DNA of 64,000 nucleotides from Gammaproteobacteria bacterium (lineage in GTDB: Bacteria > Pseudomonadota > Gammaproteobacteria > JBCCGL01). A program made the position numbers and the translations under genes. The notes beneath the pieces are model-generated. The model ran no database searches, was not told the DNA's origin, and was given only the letters and a program-made list of their open reading frames with translations. Shown here in pieces: positions 32,522 to 41,714 of this stretch (positions are counted from its first letter, which is position 1; each line of letters starts with the position of its first letter). The stretch covers positions 896,001 to 960,000 of the forward strand of contig OZ255836.1 in NCBI GenBank assembly GCA_965277715.1, given 5' to 3'.

Positions 32522-33305
32522 TACATACTCCTGTAGATAAATTGTATCGAGCAGCACGGGTGCCACGTCGGGCAGCCCATTTGCGCTCATCGCGAAAACC
32601 GAAATTTTCCTGGTATTGAGCGGGTTGCGCCCAGTGAGATCCTGGTCGCGCCAACGTGGTGAAGCAATCACTGAGCACCTTGTGCATATCCCAGTTGATG
32701 CACTCCTGGCGGATACACAGTAGATCGTGCTTATCCGCGAGCGTGCGCATCACAGTGGCGTTGACGCTGATATCCCGATAAGAGGCCAGTAACGACATAC
32801 GCTGATCGCTATGCGCAATTGCCGCCTGGTAGTAGTAGCCCGCATTGGAGTGATGCAAAAACGCCACCCCATTTGGGCTCAGCACTCGTTGCAGTTCGCA
32901 CGTGTAGGCGTTAAGCGTGTGCGCGTCGGCGCCCACCAGCGAGTAGAAACTGATTGCCAGATCGACGCTGTTATCTGCGACACCGCGCAGCGACTCACCA
33001 TCACCCTGCAAACAACGGACAGTTGGCCTGCTCTGGAAAGCGCGTTGGCAGGCGTGAACACAGTCGGGCATGATGTCAACCAGCACCAGTTCACGCGTCG
33101 CATAGGGATATAGCAGACGGCCAATACGACCGTGGCCAGCGCCGATTTCGAGGATGCGTGCAGCGGGCAGATAGTCGCGGAGTCGCGGGTACAGCGAGGT
33201 ACACCACATAGCCCGCGCCCCTCCCCAAGGTGCCGACCAGGCCTGCGTAGAGCAGGCCCAATCGAACGTTTGGTAGTAGGCTTTGTTTTCCGCTACCGAT
33301 CCCAT
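32502..33305 (-). CDS. Class I SAM-dependent methyltransferase
   Basis: ILEIGAGHGR, LVDI, DNSVDLAISFYSLV and RVLSPNGVAFLHHSN. Confidence 0.85.
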   Translation of the reverse strand: MGSVAENKAYYQTFDWACSTQAWSAPWGGARAMWCTSLYPRLRDYLPAARILEIGAGHGRIGRLLYPYATRELVLVDIMPDCVHACQRAFQSRPTVRCLQGDGESLRGVADNSVDLAISFYSLVGADAHTLNAYTCELQRVLSPNGVAFLHHSNAGYYYQAAIAHSDQRMSLLASYRDISVNATVMRTLADKHDLLCIRQECINWDMHKVLSDCFTTLARPGSHWAQPAQYQENFGFRDERKWAARRGTRAARYNLSTGVCNGSKNS

Positions 33306-33348
33306 GATGGCACCCGATTGGAAAACACCTGCACACAACGCAATATAA

Positions 33349-34317
33349 TCACAGCCACTCCTCACGCGCCCTATCCATGAGTTCCTTAAAGGTTTGATTG
33401 CTTTCTCCCAGCGCCCATATTTTTTCCGCCAGCGCTTTTCCCGCCTCAGAGTCGGAGCGATAGTGCACCCCGGCCCATTCACGATTAGCACTCACTTCGT
33501 CGGCAATAAACTCAATATTCGCCTGTGGAATAATGTCACGCTCTGCATTGATAACCGCATTTAGCGCCCTCGCCACCAGGTGCACCTGGGTGGCGTGGCC
33601 ACTTGGGTAAGCGTAGTGTGCCGGTACCAGAATGGTGGGTTCCAGGTCTTTATCGCGCTGTGAGGGGCGCGGGCGATGGTAGTGTAGTTTCCATGGCATC
33701 ACGATAAACTCGGCGAGAAAACCCAAGGTGTCGATCAGGCGCAGGGTTTGGGCATGCACATGTGGATCAATGCCCAGCGCATACATAAAACGCGTCGTAT
33801 AATCGTTCTCCTCTTCGATAATATCCTGCACCCGCTGCTCGCGTTCCGGGTGTTCCTGCATCCAAAACAATTCGTTGAGTTCGTTTTGTGTGCCAGCCTC
33901 ATCGGGATACGGGGGAACATACAGGGCAGCCGTGTTGTTCAGTGTTGTTTGACCCGGAAATGGTAATTCCACCTCTGGCAGCTTTAAAAACATTGCCACA
34001 TACACCAAGTCCCGCCACCCTACGTGGGTGCGTACACGCGGCATATCGACGTAATTCTCCTGGTCGTCATCATCCGCTTCCAGTACCAATCGCCGCGCCA
34101 TAGTCATAGTCATTGTCATGGTTCTGTCCATGGTTCTGTTCATGGTTCCGTTCATGGTGCGCGGTAGGTGCCGCTCAAAAGCCTGTAGATCGTCGTCATC
34201 CAGTACACCACCCTCGTAGAGTTGTTGGGTCATCGTGTCAAAGTCGGGCAGTTGTGTTTCAACATTCGCATCGATAGAGTGCGGTGTGCTGGTGTGTTTG
34301 CTGGTATTGCTAGTCAT
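33349..34317 (-). CDS. Soluble PAP2/vanadium-haloperoxidase-superfamily enzyme with a Met-rich N-terminal repeat
   Basis: KLHYHRPRP (motif 1), YPSGH (motif 2) and NREWAGVHYRSD (motif 3); no TM helices; RBS AGGAGG before ATG 34317. Confidence 0.85.
   Translation of the reverse strand: MTSNTSKHTSTPHSIDANVETQLPDFDTMTQQLYEGGVLDDDDLQAFERHLPRTMNGTMNRTMDRTMTMTMTMARRLVLEADDDDQENYVDMPRVRTHVGWRDLVYVAMFLKLPEVELPFPGQTTLNNTAALYVPPYPDEAGTQNELNELFWMQEHPEREQRVQDIIEEENDYTTRFMYALGIDPHVHAQTLRLIDTLGFLAEFIVMPWKLHYHRPRPSQRDKDLEPTILVPAHYAYPSGHATQVHLVARALNAVINAERDIIPQANIEFIADEVSANREWAGVHYRSDSEAGKALAEKIWALGESNQTFKELMDRAREEWL
34099..34161 (-). repeat. Intragenic tandem repeat encoding RTMNGTMNRTMDRTMTMTMTM
   Basis: About 3.5 copies of the 12-nt unit ACCATG(A/G)AC(A/G)GA, followed by three copies of AC(A/T)ATG. 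Confidence 0.9.
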
Positions 34318-34418
34318 ACTTATTTGCCTCCTGTTGGCAGGTCCTGTTAAAAGGCCATTGTGATAGGCCGGGGAGCAGTGTAATGCGCACCGGGTGCTTG
34401 AAAAGCCCCAGGTAGGAG

Positions 34419-34447
34419 AACTTGCGGAGTTCTTGCGTTTTTCTTGC
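34419..34447 (-). promoter_or_regulatory. Candidate SARP-type operator: three heptamers at 11-bp periodicity
   Basis: The minus strand reads GCAAGAA-aaac-GCAAGAA-ctcc-GCAAGTT about 100 bp upstream of the PAP2 start. Confidence 0.55.
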
Positions 34448-34737
34448 AAGTGCACTTTAAGGACGAAAGGGTGGGTTTTTTACGCCGTCAATTTAATCTG
34501 AATTAAGCAGTTGGGTTGTGGCGGGAAGATTTGCCGCGTGTACCCGCTACCATTCCACCGATCAGACACACTGGCCACCATTGTTGATACCAAAGTGCTT
34601 TGGCCGGGGGCACAGGTGCCTGTTGAGGTGGTGAAGTCGGCGGAAAGTATGCCTGATCGGCGGGGGTGGCACTTTATACCGTGCAATAGTCCCGCTATCT
34701 GTGCAAAATACGCGGCCCGTTAATTGCGTGACTATGT

Positions 34738-35358
34738 GTGAGCCAGTACTTTGAAATCCATGCGGATAATCCGCAGCCGCGACTGATCCATCAGGCGGTC
34801 AATATCATTAACAATGGGGGGGTTGTGGTCTACCCGACGGACTCCTGTTATGCGCTGGGCTGCCATATCGGGGACAAGGCGTCGATGGCGCGCATCCGCA
34901 CGATTCGCCGGGTCGATGCGAAACATAACTTTACCTTGATGTGCCGCGATCTCTCAGATATTGCCACTTACTCGCGTGTCGATAATGCCACTTACCGACT
35001 ATTGAAAACGCTGACACCCGGCCCGTTTACATTTATCTTACAGGCGACTAATGAAGTACCCCGGCGTTTGCAAAACCCCAAACGGAAAACCATCGGTATT
35101 CGCATACCGGATAATGTCATCGCGCAGTCATTGCTGACGGAACTGGGCCAACCGCTGATGAGCAGCACGTTGATTCTGCCGGGTGATGATATGCCAATGG
35201 TCGAGCCACATGTGATGCGTGAGGTATTGGAACACCAGGTTGACCTGGTGATCGATGGCGGTGATTGTGGTTTTGAACCGACGACGGTGGTGATGATCGA
35301 TAAACAGGGAATAACGGTCCCGCGCCACGGTAAGGGGGATGTCAGCCTGCTCGATTAG
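34738..35358 (+). CDS. yciO: Sua5/YciO/YrdC family protein
   Basis: MSQYFEIH.DNPQPRLI, YPTDSCYALGC, TPGPFTFIL and KRKTIGIRIPD; GTG start. Confidence 0.9.
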   Translation: MSQYFEIHADNPQPRLIHQAVNIINNGGVVVYPTDSCYALGCHIGDKASMARIRTIRRVDAKHNFTLMCRDLSDIATYSRVDNATYRLLKTLTPGPFTFILQATNEVPRRLQNPKRKTIGIRIPDNVIAQSLLTELGQPLMSSTLILPGDDMPMVEPHVMREVLEHQVDLVIDGGDCGFEPTTVVMIDKQGITVPRHGKGDVSLLD

Positions 35359-35402
35359 GCTGCATTATTATCTGTCATGCTTATTTACGTGTAATCACCA
35401 CA

Positions 35403-36260
35403 ATGGAAACAACTCACCAAACCCACCCGGAACAATCTGTACAGGAGGAAATGCCGTTTGCCATTGTCCAGGGCGAGCCGCTGACGATTCTTCCACAGGA
35501 TTTGTATATCCCACCCGATGCCCTAGAGGTTATTCTGGAAGCCTTTGAAGGGCCGCTGGATCTGCTGCTGTACCTGATCAAACGGCATAATCTCGACGTG
35601 CTCGATATCCCCATTGCAGAAATTACCCGGCAATACGTCGAATACATTTCGATGATGGACCTGCTGCGCCTGGAGTTGGCGGCAGATTACCTGGTGATGG
35701 CGGCGATGCTCGCCGAGATTAAGTCGCGTATGCTGCTGCCGCGCCCTGTAGAGGCCGACGATGAAGATGACCCACGCGCCGACCTGGTGCGCCGTTTGCA
35801 GGAGTATGAACGGTTTAAAAAGGCCGCTGAAGACCTGGATACCCTGCCGCGCATGGAGCGCGAGTTATTTCCCGCCGCCGCCAAACCGCCTGCCCTGGAA
35901 CGTCGCCAGCCGCTGCCGGAACTTACCCTGCGCGAATTGCTGCTGGCGTTTCGCGATGTGGTCAATCGCGCCGAGATGTTTGCCCACCACAATGTTCAGC
36001 GCGAGGCACTTTCGGTGCGCGAGCGCATGTCGAGCGTACTGGCCGCGTTGAAAGGGCATGAGTTTGTCGTTTTCACCGATTTATTCGACCTCCAGGAAGG
36101 GCGGCTCGGCGTAGTTGTAACGTTTCTTGCCATCCTGGAACTCATCAGGGAATCGCTGGTGGATATCGTCCAGTCCGAAACATTTGCACCGATTCACCTT
36201 AAACCCCGCCAGACGGTGGAACCCATCGCCACCGAAGCGCCTAATACTGACAGCCTTTGA
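35403..36260 (+). CDS. scpA: Segregation and condensation protein A
   Basis: DLYIPPDALEVILEAFEGPLDLLLYLI, IKSRMLLP and VVTFLAILEL. Confidence 0.95.
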   Translation: METTHQTHPEQSVQEEMPFAIVQGEPLTILPQDLYIPPDALEVILEAFEGPLDLLLYLIKRHNLDVLDIPIAEITRQYVEYISMMDLLRLELAADYLVMAAMLAEIKSRMLLPRPVEADDEDDPRADLVRRLQEYERFKKAAEDLDTLPRMERELFPAAAKPPALERRQPLPELTLRELLLAFRDVVNRAEMFAHHNVQREALSVRERMSSVLAALKGHEFVVFTDLFDLQEGRLGVVVTFLAILELIRESLVDIVQSETFAPIHLKPRQTVEPIATEAPNTDSL

Positions 36261-36266
36261 TTTGAT

Positions 36267-36980
36267 ATGACCATCGAAAACCTGAAACACACACTCGAAG
36301 CGGCACTGCTCGCCGCTGGGCAGCCAGTTGGCATGAATAAACTGCTGGAACTGTTTGACGCCGATGAAAAGCGCCCGGGCCGGGATGAGATTAAAACGGC
36401 GCTGGATGCACTGATTGATGACTACCGGGATCGGGGTATTGAATTGGTGGAAGTTGCCAGCGGTTACCGTATGCAAGTGCGCTCATCACAGGCCCCGTGG
36501 GTTGGGCGGTTATGGGATGAGCGACCGCCCCGCTACTCGCGTGCGCTATTGGAAACCCTGGCCCTGATTGCCTATCGCCAACCGATTACCCGGGCGGAAA
36601 TCGAGGATATTCGTGGCGTTAGTGTCAGCACACAGATCATAAGAACGATGCAAGAGCGGGAATGGGTGCGCGTGGTTGGCCACCGCGAAGTGCCGGGTAA
36701 ACCGGCGATGTATGGCACTACGCGCCAGTTCCTCGATTACTTTAATCTAAAAAGGCTGGACGAATTACCCACGCTGGCTGAAATCCGCGACCTCGACAGC
36801 ATCCACCCTGAGCTGGCGCTGGAAAAGGGCCAGGCAGAACCGGGACAGAAGACGTTTAACGACACCCCGGTTATGGTGATACCTGCCCTCACCACTGAAC
36901 CGCTGGTGGGCTCAGCCGGGGGCGCGCCTGCTGCAAAGCGTGATGCTACACCTGTAGCCAGCGATGAAGCTCTGCATTGA
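36267..36980 (+). CDS. scpB: SMC-Scp complex subunit ScpB
   Basis: LEAALLA, YSRALLETLALIAYRQPITRAEIEDIRGV and YGTTRQFLDYF.L..L.ELP. Confidence 0.95.
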   Translation: MTIENLKHTLEAALLAAGQPVGMNKLLELFDADEKRPGRDEIKTALDALIDDYRDRGIELVEVASGYRMQVRSSQAPWVGRLWDERPPRYSRALLETLALIAYRQPITRAEIEDIRGVSVSTQIIRTMQEREWVRVVGHREVPGKPAMYGTTRQFLDYFNLKRLDELPTLAEIRDLDSIHPELALEKGQAEPGQKTFNDTPVMVIPALTTEPLVGSAGGAPAAKRDATPVASDEALH

Positions 36981-37873
36981 ACGCTGGCCAGGGCAACCAG
37001 GTTCAATCGGCGATGGTTTTGATGATCCTCGCCATGCTCATGCTCCCTGGTATCGATGTTATTGCCAAATGGGTTTCTGCCTCTATAGGCGCGGGGCAGG
37101 TGACCTGGACCCGGTTTCTATTTCAGACAATGTTTATGTTCCCGCTAGTGATTAACCTGCCGGGCAAACCGTTTGCCTCTGGGGTGCTGGTGCATGCAGC
37201 GCGTGGTAGCCTGATTGCACTGGCAACCTTGTTCTTCTTCTCGGCGATTAAATTTTTACCACTGGCCGATGCGATAGCCATATTTTTTGTAGAGCCTATG
37301 ATCGTGACATTACTGGCGGCGGTATTTTTAAAAGAGCGCGTTGGCTGGCGACGGTTGTCGGCCATATTTGTCGGTTTTTGCGGGGCACTGCTGATTATCC
37401 GGCCCAATTTTGAAGCCTTTGGCTGGGCGGCGGCGCTGCCGTTGGGCGCGGCACTGTCATTTGCTGTTTATATCTTAATCACACGCCGGGTTTCGCAGCG
37501 TGAAGACCCGGAGACAATGCAGTTTTATGCGGGCATCTTTGGGTGGATAGCAATGAGTTTTGCCCTGTTGATTGGGCACACACTGCACGTACCGGTACTG
37601 ACGATTATCTGGCCAAGTACCCACCAGTGGTTATTGTTAGCGGGCTTGGGTTTGATTGCCACGACGGGGCACTTACTGGTAGCCCATGCTTTCAAGCGGG
37701 CGGCTGTAGGCATATTGGCGCCGTTTCAATACATTGAAATTATTGGTGCCACCGCGTTTGGGTTTATCTTCTTCGGTGATTTTCCCGATGTACTGACCCT
37801 TTGCGGGGTGGTGGTGATTGTTTCATCCGGCCTGTATGTTTTTTATCGTGAGCGACAACTGGCCCGGCAATAA
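36977..37873 (+). CDS. DMT/EamA family transporter
   Basis: About 10 TM helices; LPLADAIAIFFVEP and FLKERVGWRR. Confidence 0.88.
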   Translation: MNAGQGNQVQSAMVLMILAMLMLPGIDVIAKWVSASIGAGQVTWTRFLFQTMFMFPLVINLPGKPFASGVLVHAARGSLIALATLFFFSAIKFLPLADAIAIFFVEPMIVTLLAAVFLKERVGWRRLSAIFVGFCGALLIIRPNFEAFGWAAALPLGAALSFAVYILITRRVSQREDPETMQFYAGIFGWIAMSFALLIGHTLHVPVLTIIWPSTHQWLLLAGLGLIATTGHLLVAHAFKRAAVGILAPFQYIEIIGATAFGFIFFGDFPDVLTLCGVVVIVSSGLYVFYRERQLARQ

Positions 37874-37874
37874 A

Positions 37875-38282
37875 ATGCCATTGATAACGACATTCCGGCG
37901 TAAAACCACTGGCGGGGTATTATTGCTCGCACTGGTCTTTTTTGCTATTGGGTACAGTGGTTCACTGCAAAAACTGGGCAAGCTGGGCACCTATTTGTTT
38001 CATGTTTACGCAGAGGCGGAGTTAAAGAAACTGGAGGCGGCGGGGTATCACAATGACAAAGGTGAGCCTGAATACGTGGTCTCTGTTAACGGGCAGGCGC
38101 TGGGCAATGGCCTTGGCCTATTGCAACAACTGGATGGGATTACAGGCATCCGTGGCACGCTGTTTGATGACTGGTTTGTTATTAGCGTTGAGGCGGGCAA
38201 TGATGCTGCTCTCAATGTGATTAAACGTGCGGCGTTTGTCGAGTTTGTGTTGCCCAATCGGGGGGTGTGGTTTTGTCACTAA
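37875..38282 (+). CDS. Hypothetical membrane-anchored protein
   Basis: ATG directly after the DMT stop; N-terminal hydrophobic segment and a compact alpha/beta C-terminal domain. Confidence 0.6.
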   Translation: MPLITTFRRKTTGGVLLLALVFFAIGYSGSLQKLGKLGTYLFHVYAEAELKKLEAAGYHNDKGEPEYVVSVNGQALGNGLGLLQQLDGITGIRGTLFDDWFVISVEAGNDAALNVIKRAAFVEFVLPNRGVWFCH

Positions 38283-38376
38283 GGATGGAAGCCGCATTTG
38301 AACTGAACGTCAAGCCGGGCCTTATGTCCAGTTTCCCGGTTTTAGTGCGAACCTATTGGGCCGATACAAGCCTGCA

Positions 38377-39576
38377 TCACTTTGATTCAATCGCTGGTAA
38401 AAACAACACAGCCAGAAATATGCACGAGGCGGCTGTAGCCAGTAAGCCAAACAACGCATCAAATCCCCATTGGCTGTGCACCCAGGCAATCACCGGGACC
38501 GCCGATGCCATCACTGAAAAAGTAATAACATAGCGCAATGCATATGCACGGCTGCGCCACTCGCTACGGGCTATGCGCCCAACCAATACGTCGTTGATGG
38601 GAATCTGCCCAAATACCACCAGCATAAATCCCATCGCCACGATCAGTGCTGCTATACCGTTTAGCCCAATCATAATGATAAAAAAAACTGATTGCAGGAG
38701 CGCGATACAGGCAAATACGTAACGCACCGGGTATTTGTCAACCAGATAACCAACAACCAGTTGTGCCAGAGCCGCGACGGAGAACACCAGAAACGCATAC
38801 CATCCCACTAACGTTGCTGAACCGGCGAGTGCCGCGATACGCTCGTCAAAGACCTTGGGTAGGGCGAAGGTAGTGCTCTGAAAAATCAGGCCACCTATTG
38901 CCGTAGTAAAAAATATAATACTAAAAATGCGTATTAATACTGTTTTCGATACTGGCGGAGGTGCAGTGTTTTTGTTCGTTGCCGTCGAAGTAGCCCTGGC
39001 GTTACTGCTGCCCTGGCTGTTATGCCTGGTGTTGCGAATAAACAGCAAATAGAGCACACCAAGTAGAATGGCTACGACTCCCGGTACTATGTAAGCGCTA
39101 CGCCATCCTGTGGTGTCGATAAAATAGCCGGTAGTCAGCGCGGCACACGCTACCCCCATATTGCCAAAGACACCGTTGATCGCCAGTGGCATGCCGGTTT
39201 TGTCGCGCCCGTGAACCACCATTGCCAGGCCAACCGGGTGGTAAATTGCGGCGAAGACGCCCATGCAGCTAAGGGTGATGGCGATCTGTAAAGGCGTGTT
39301 TGCCAGGCTGGCCAGTACTGAGCTTATGCCGATACCCACAAAGAAAATGACCATCATCCCCTCGCGGTTCCATTTGTCGGCCAGCCACCCGGCGGGGATG
39401 GCACAGACACCAAACGCGATAAAGCCCGGTGTGGCGTAGGGGATAAGCGCCGCGTAACTCATGCCCCATTCACTGTTTAATTTAAGCGCGGCGACGGTCG
39501 CGAATATCAATACAAAGAAATGATCTAAAAAATGCCCCACGTTGAGGAAAAACATACGTAAGTGGCGATGAGGCAT
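38377..39576 (-). CDS. MFS transporter
   Basis: NVGHFLDH, GWLADKW, AIYHPVG and NGVFGNMG; about 12 TMs; start chosen just after the OYE stop. Confidence 0.88.
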   Translation of the reverse strand: MPHRHLRMFFLNVGHFLDHFFVLIFATVAALKLNSEWGMSYAALIPYATPGFIAFGVCAIPAGWLADKWNREGMMVIFFVGIGISSVLASLANTPLQIAITLSCMGVFAAIYHPVGLAMVVHGRDKTGMPLAINGVFGNMGVACAALTTGYFIDTTGWRSAYIVPGVVAILLGVLYLLFIRNTRHNSQGSSNARATSTATNKNTAPPPVSKTVLIRIFSIIFFTTAIGGLIFQSTTFALPKVFDERIAALAGSATLVGWYAFLVFSVAALAQLVVGYLVDKYPVRYVFACIALLQSVFFIIMIGLNGIAALIVAMGFMLVVFGQIPINDVLVGRIARSEWRSRAYALRYVITFSVMASAVPVIAWVHSQWGFDALFGLLATAASCIFLAVLFLPAIESK

Positions 39577-39586
39577 AAAAGGTTTC

Positions 39587-40765
39587 TCAGGCATTTGCAT
39601 TAAGCCGCGCAATTTGTGCACGTCGATCAACCGCCCAGGCGTATTGGTTTGGCCACATCTTAAAATCGGGATCGACACCCAGCGCTTCGGCTGCGTGCAA
39701 AGGCCAGAAGGGGTTGTGCATAATTTCACGGCCAAGGGCGACGAGGTCTGCACCGCCAGACTGCAGAATGTCTTCGGCCTGGTGCGGGTCGATAATCACG
39801 CCCACCGCCATCGATTTAATCGCCGTTTCCCTGCGTGCACGCTCGGCATAGAGCACCTGGAAGCCCGGTTGTCGCGCCGAGCTTGCGGTGAGTGGTTTAC
39901 CCGTGTCATCGCTGCGAAACCGGGGGGCACCGTTGATTCCACCGGATGAACAATCCACCACATCGACCCCGGACTGTACCATTGTCTGGCAGAGAACGAT
40001 GGAATCGTCCATTGTCCAGCCATCCGCACCGCCATCGATTGCCGAGATGCGCGTGAACAGCGGGTAGTCGTCTGGCATAGCGGCGCGCACTGCCCTGGCA
40101 ACTTCCAATGGAAAGCGCATACGCCCCTGAATATCGCCACCGTATTGGTCGCGGCGGTGATTGCTCAAGGGTGATAGGAAGCTGTGCAATAAGTAGCCGT
40201 GCGCCATATGTAATTCGATAACACGAAACCCCGCATTGACCGAACGCCTGGCGGCTGCAACGAAAGCATCTTTAATGGTTTCCAGTTCCGCTGCATCCAG
40301 TGCTGTCGGTACAGGCCATGCCGGGCCAATAGCTAACGCAGAGGGGGCGACTGTTGGCCAGCCAGATTTCCCGCAATCGGTTTCATCTGCACGCAATGGT
40401 GCACCGGGCTTTTCTGAGAAAGGGCGACGGGTTGACGCTTTGCGGCCCGCGTGTGCCAGTTGGATACCGGCAACTGAACCCATCGATTCGATAAATGCAG
40501 TGATGGGTTTGAGCGCTTCTGCCTGTTCGTCACTCCAGATACCCAAGCACTGGGGAGTGATGCGCCCACGCGCTTCAACGGCGGTGGCTTCAGCAAAAAC
40601 CAGCCCGGCTTTGCCGCGTGCAAAGGTACTTAAGTGGGCAAAGTGCCAGGGCTGGGCAAGCCCTTCAACCGCCGAATACATACACAGCGGTGAAACAACA
40701 ATACGATTTGTCAGCGTGATACCACGCAATTGCAATGGGCTGAATAACATGGGGTGTGTCGTCAT
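39587..40765 (-). CDS. NADH:flavin oxidoreductase (Old Yellow Enzyme, YqjM/XenA-like)
   Basis: NRIVVSPLCMYSA, EATAVEARGRITP, IQLAHAGRKAS and ELHMAHGYLLHSFLSPLSN.R.D.YGG. Confidence 0.92.
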   Translation of the reverse strand: MTTHPMLFSPLQLRGITLTNRIVVSPLCMYSAVEGLAQPWHFAHLSTFARGKAGLVFAEATAVEARGRITPQCLGIWSDEQAEALKPITAFIESMGSVAGIQLAHAGRKASTRRPFSEKPGAPLRADETDCGKSGWPTVAPSALAIGPAWPVPTALDAAELETIKDAFVAAARRSVNAGFRVIELHMAHGYLLHSFLSPLSNHRRDQYGGDIQGRMRFPLEVARAVRAAMPDDYPLFTRISAIDGGADGWTMDDSIVLCQTMVQSGVDVVDCSSGGINGAPRFRSDDTGKPLTASSARQPGFQVLYAERARRETAIKSMAVGVIIDPHQAEDILQSGGADLVALGREIMHNPFWPLHAAEALGVDPDFKMWPNQYAWAVDRRAQIARLNANA

Positions 40766-40840
40766 AATAAGGGTTTTGTACCGGGTAATTGGAAGAGGGT
40801 TGCGTTGGTTGTCAGGGGTTAGCAAAAATGCCTGCTGTGC

Positions 40841-41143
40841 TTACAGCAATGGTCTTTCCAGTAACCCGATGCCCTGCTCGTCGATGATTTGTTTGGCTTT
40901 TTTAATCGAGTGATCTATCGCTGCTTGTTCATTCACGTTTTGATCTGCCCGAATAAACTGTATGCGTTTGGTCTCGCCATTACATTCCCCGCTGATGTAA
41001 CCGGCAGTTCGAAATTGCCCATTGTCCTGTAACGGTGCCGCTTCGATGGTGAACCCATTGTACTGGAGTGGTTCGGACGTCGATTCTTTAGGGGCGGTGG
41101 ATGATGTGCCACTCAGGGACTTAAATAGTTTACCGAATACCAT
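40841..41143 (-). CDS. HlyU-domain family protein
   Basis: YNGFTI...P....GQFRTAG.I.......FIRAD......A......KAKQIIDEQG. Confidence 0.75.
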   Translation of the reverse strand: MVFGKLFKSLSGTSSTAPKESTSEPLQYNGFTIEAAPLQDNGQFRTAGYISGECNGETKRIQFIRADQNVNEQAAIDHSIKKAKQIIDEQGIGLLERPLL

Positions 41144-41230
41144 ATGCGTGTTCTGGAAGATTTATGTGTGCCGGATCATAGCAAATAAACTTCACATTCA
41201 GAATGGGCCGTTCAGAATAGGGCACCCAGG

Positions 41231-41249
41231 ATAGGCTTGGGCAGGGCCG
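41231..41249 (+). repeat. Left direct repeat bounding the 2-kb islet
   Basis: ATAGGCTTGGGCAGGGCCG versus ATAGGCTTGGACAGGGCCG at 43210-43228 (18/19 identical). Confidence 0.7.
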
Positions 41250-41290
41250 TAGGGCGTAATAACCAACAACAGGCATTGCGCCGAACAAAA
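41249..41290 (+). repeat. GTAG-class REP-like element, copy 1
   Basis: GTAGGGCGTAATAA...GGCATTGCGCCGAACAAAA; copy 2 at 42431-42469. Confidence 0.65.
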
Positions 41291-41480
41291 GCAATTTTTG
41301 ATGCCTGTCCCGGCAATTTGCTGGCAATTTGTTGTGCTCGCTGATAAGGACAGTCAGAGGGATGCAAAAAAACCGCCGTTTCGCTTTTGTTTTCCACCTT
41401 GGTCGGTGGTGGTAGTTGCTCCTCTATGATCAATAACATCATGGTACTATAGTGTTGTAATGTTATGTGGCGTTATTACC

Positions 41481-41714
41481 ATGAGTAACTTATCTAAACG
41501 TTCGACTGTTTATTTTGAACCAGACATACACCAGGCATTAAAGATGCGTGCAACTTCTACACACTTATCAGTTTCTGAGTTAGTCGATGAAGCTGTTCGA
41601 TTGTTAATGCGTGAAGATCAAGAAGATTTGGCAGCGGTATCAGAAAGACTTAACGAGCCTGAAATATCTTATGAAGACCTGCTAAACGATTTGAAGTCGC
41701 ATGGCAAAATATAA
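41481..41714 (+). CDS. CopG/RHH-type antitoxin
   Basis: KRSTVYFEPDIHQALK...SVSELVDEAVR..MREDQEDL....ER..EP.ISYE.LL.DLK.HGKI; overlaps the relE-like start. Confidence 0.85.
   Translation: MSNLSKRSTVYFEPDIHQALKMRATSTHLSVSELVDEAVRLLMREDQEDLAAVSERLNEPEISYEDLLNDLKSHGKI

Noticed and set aside
36267-37873. rluB absent after scpB
   Set aside because: A minor synteny variation with no further signal.
41200-41250. SRP RNA (ffs) 3' end serving as a CAST attachment site
   Set aside because: Only GGCAGGGCC resembles it; the conserved SRP core (CAGGTCCGGAAGGAAGCAGC) is absent.
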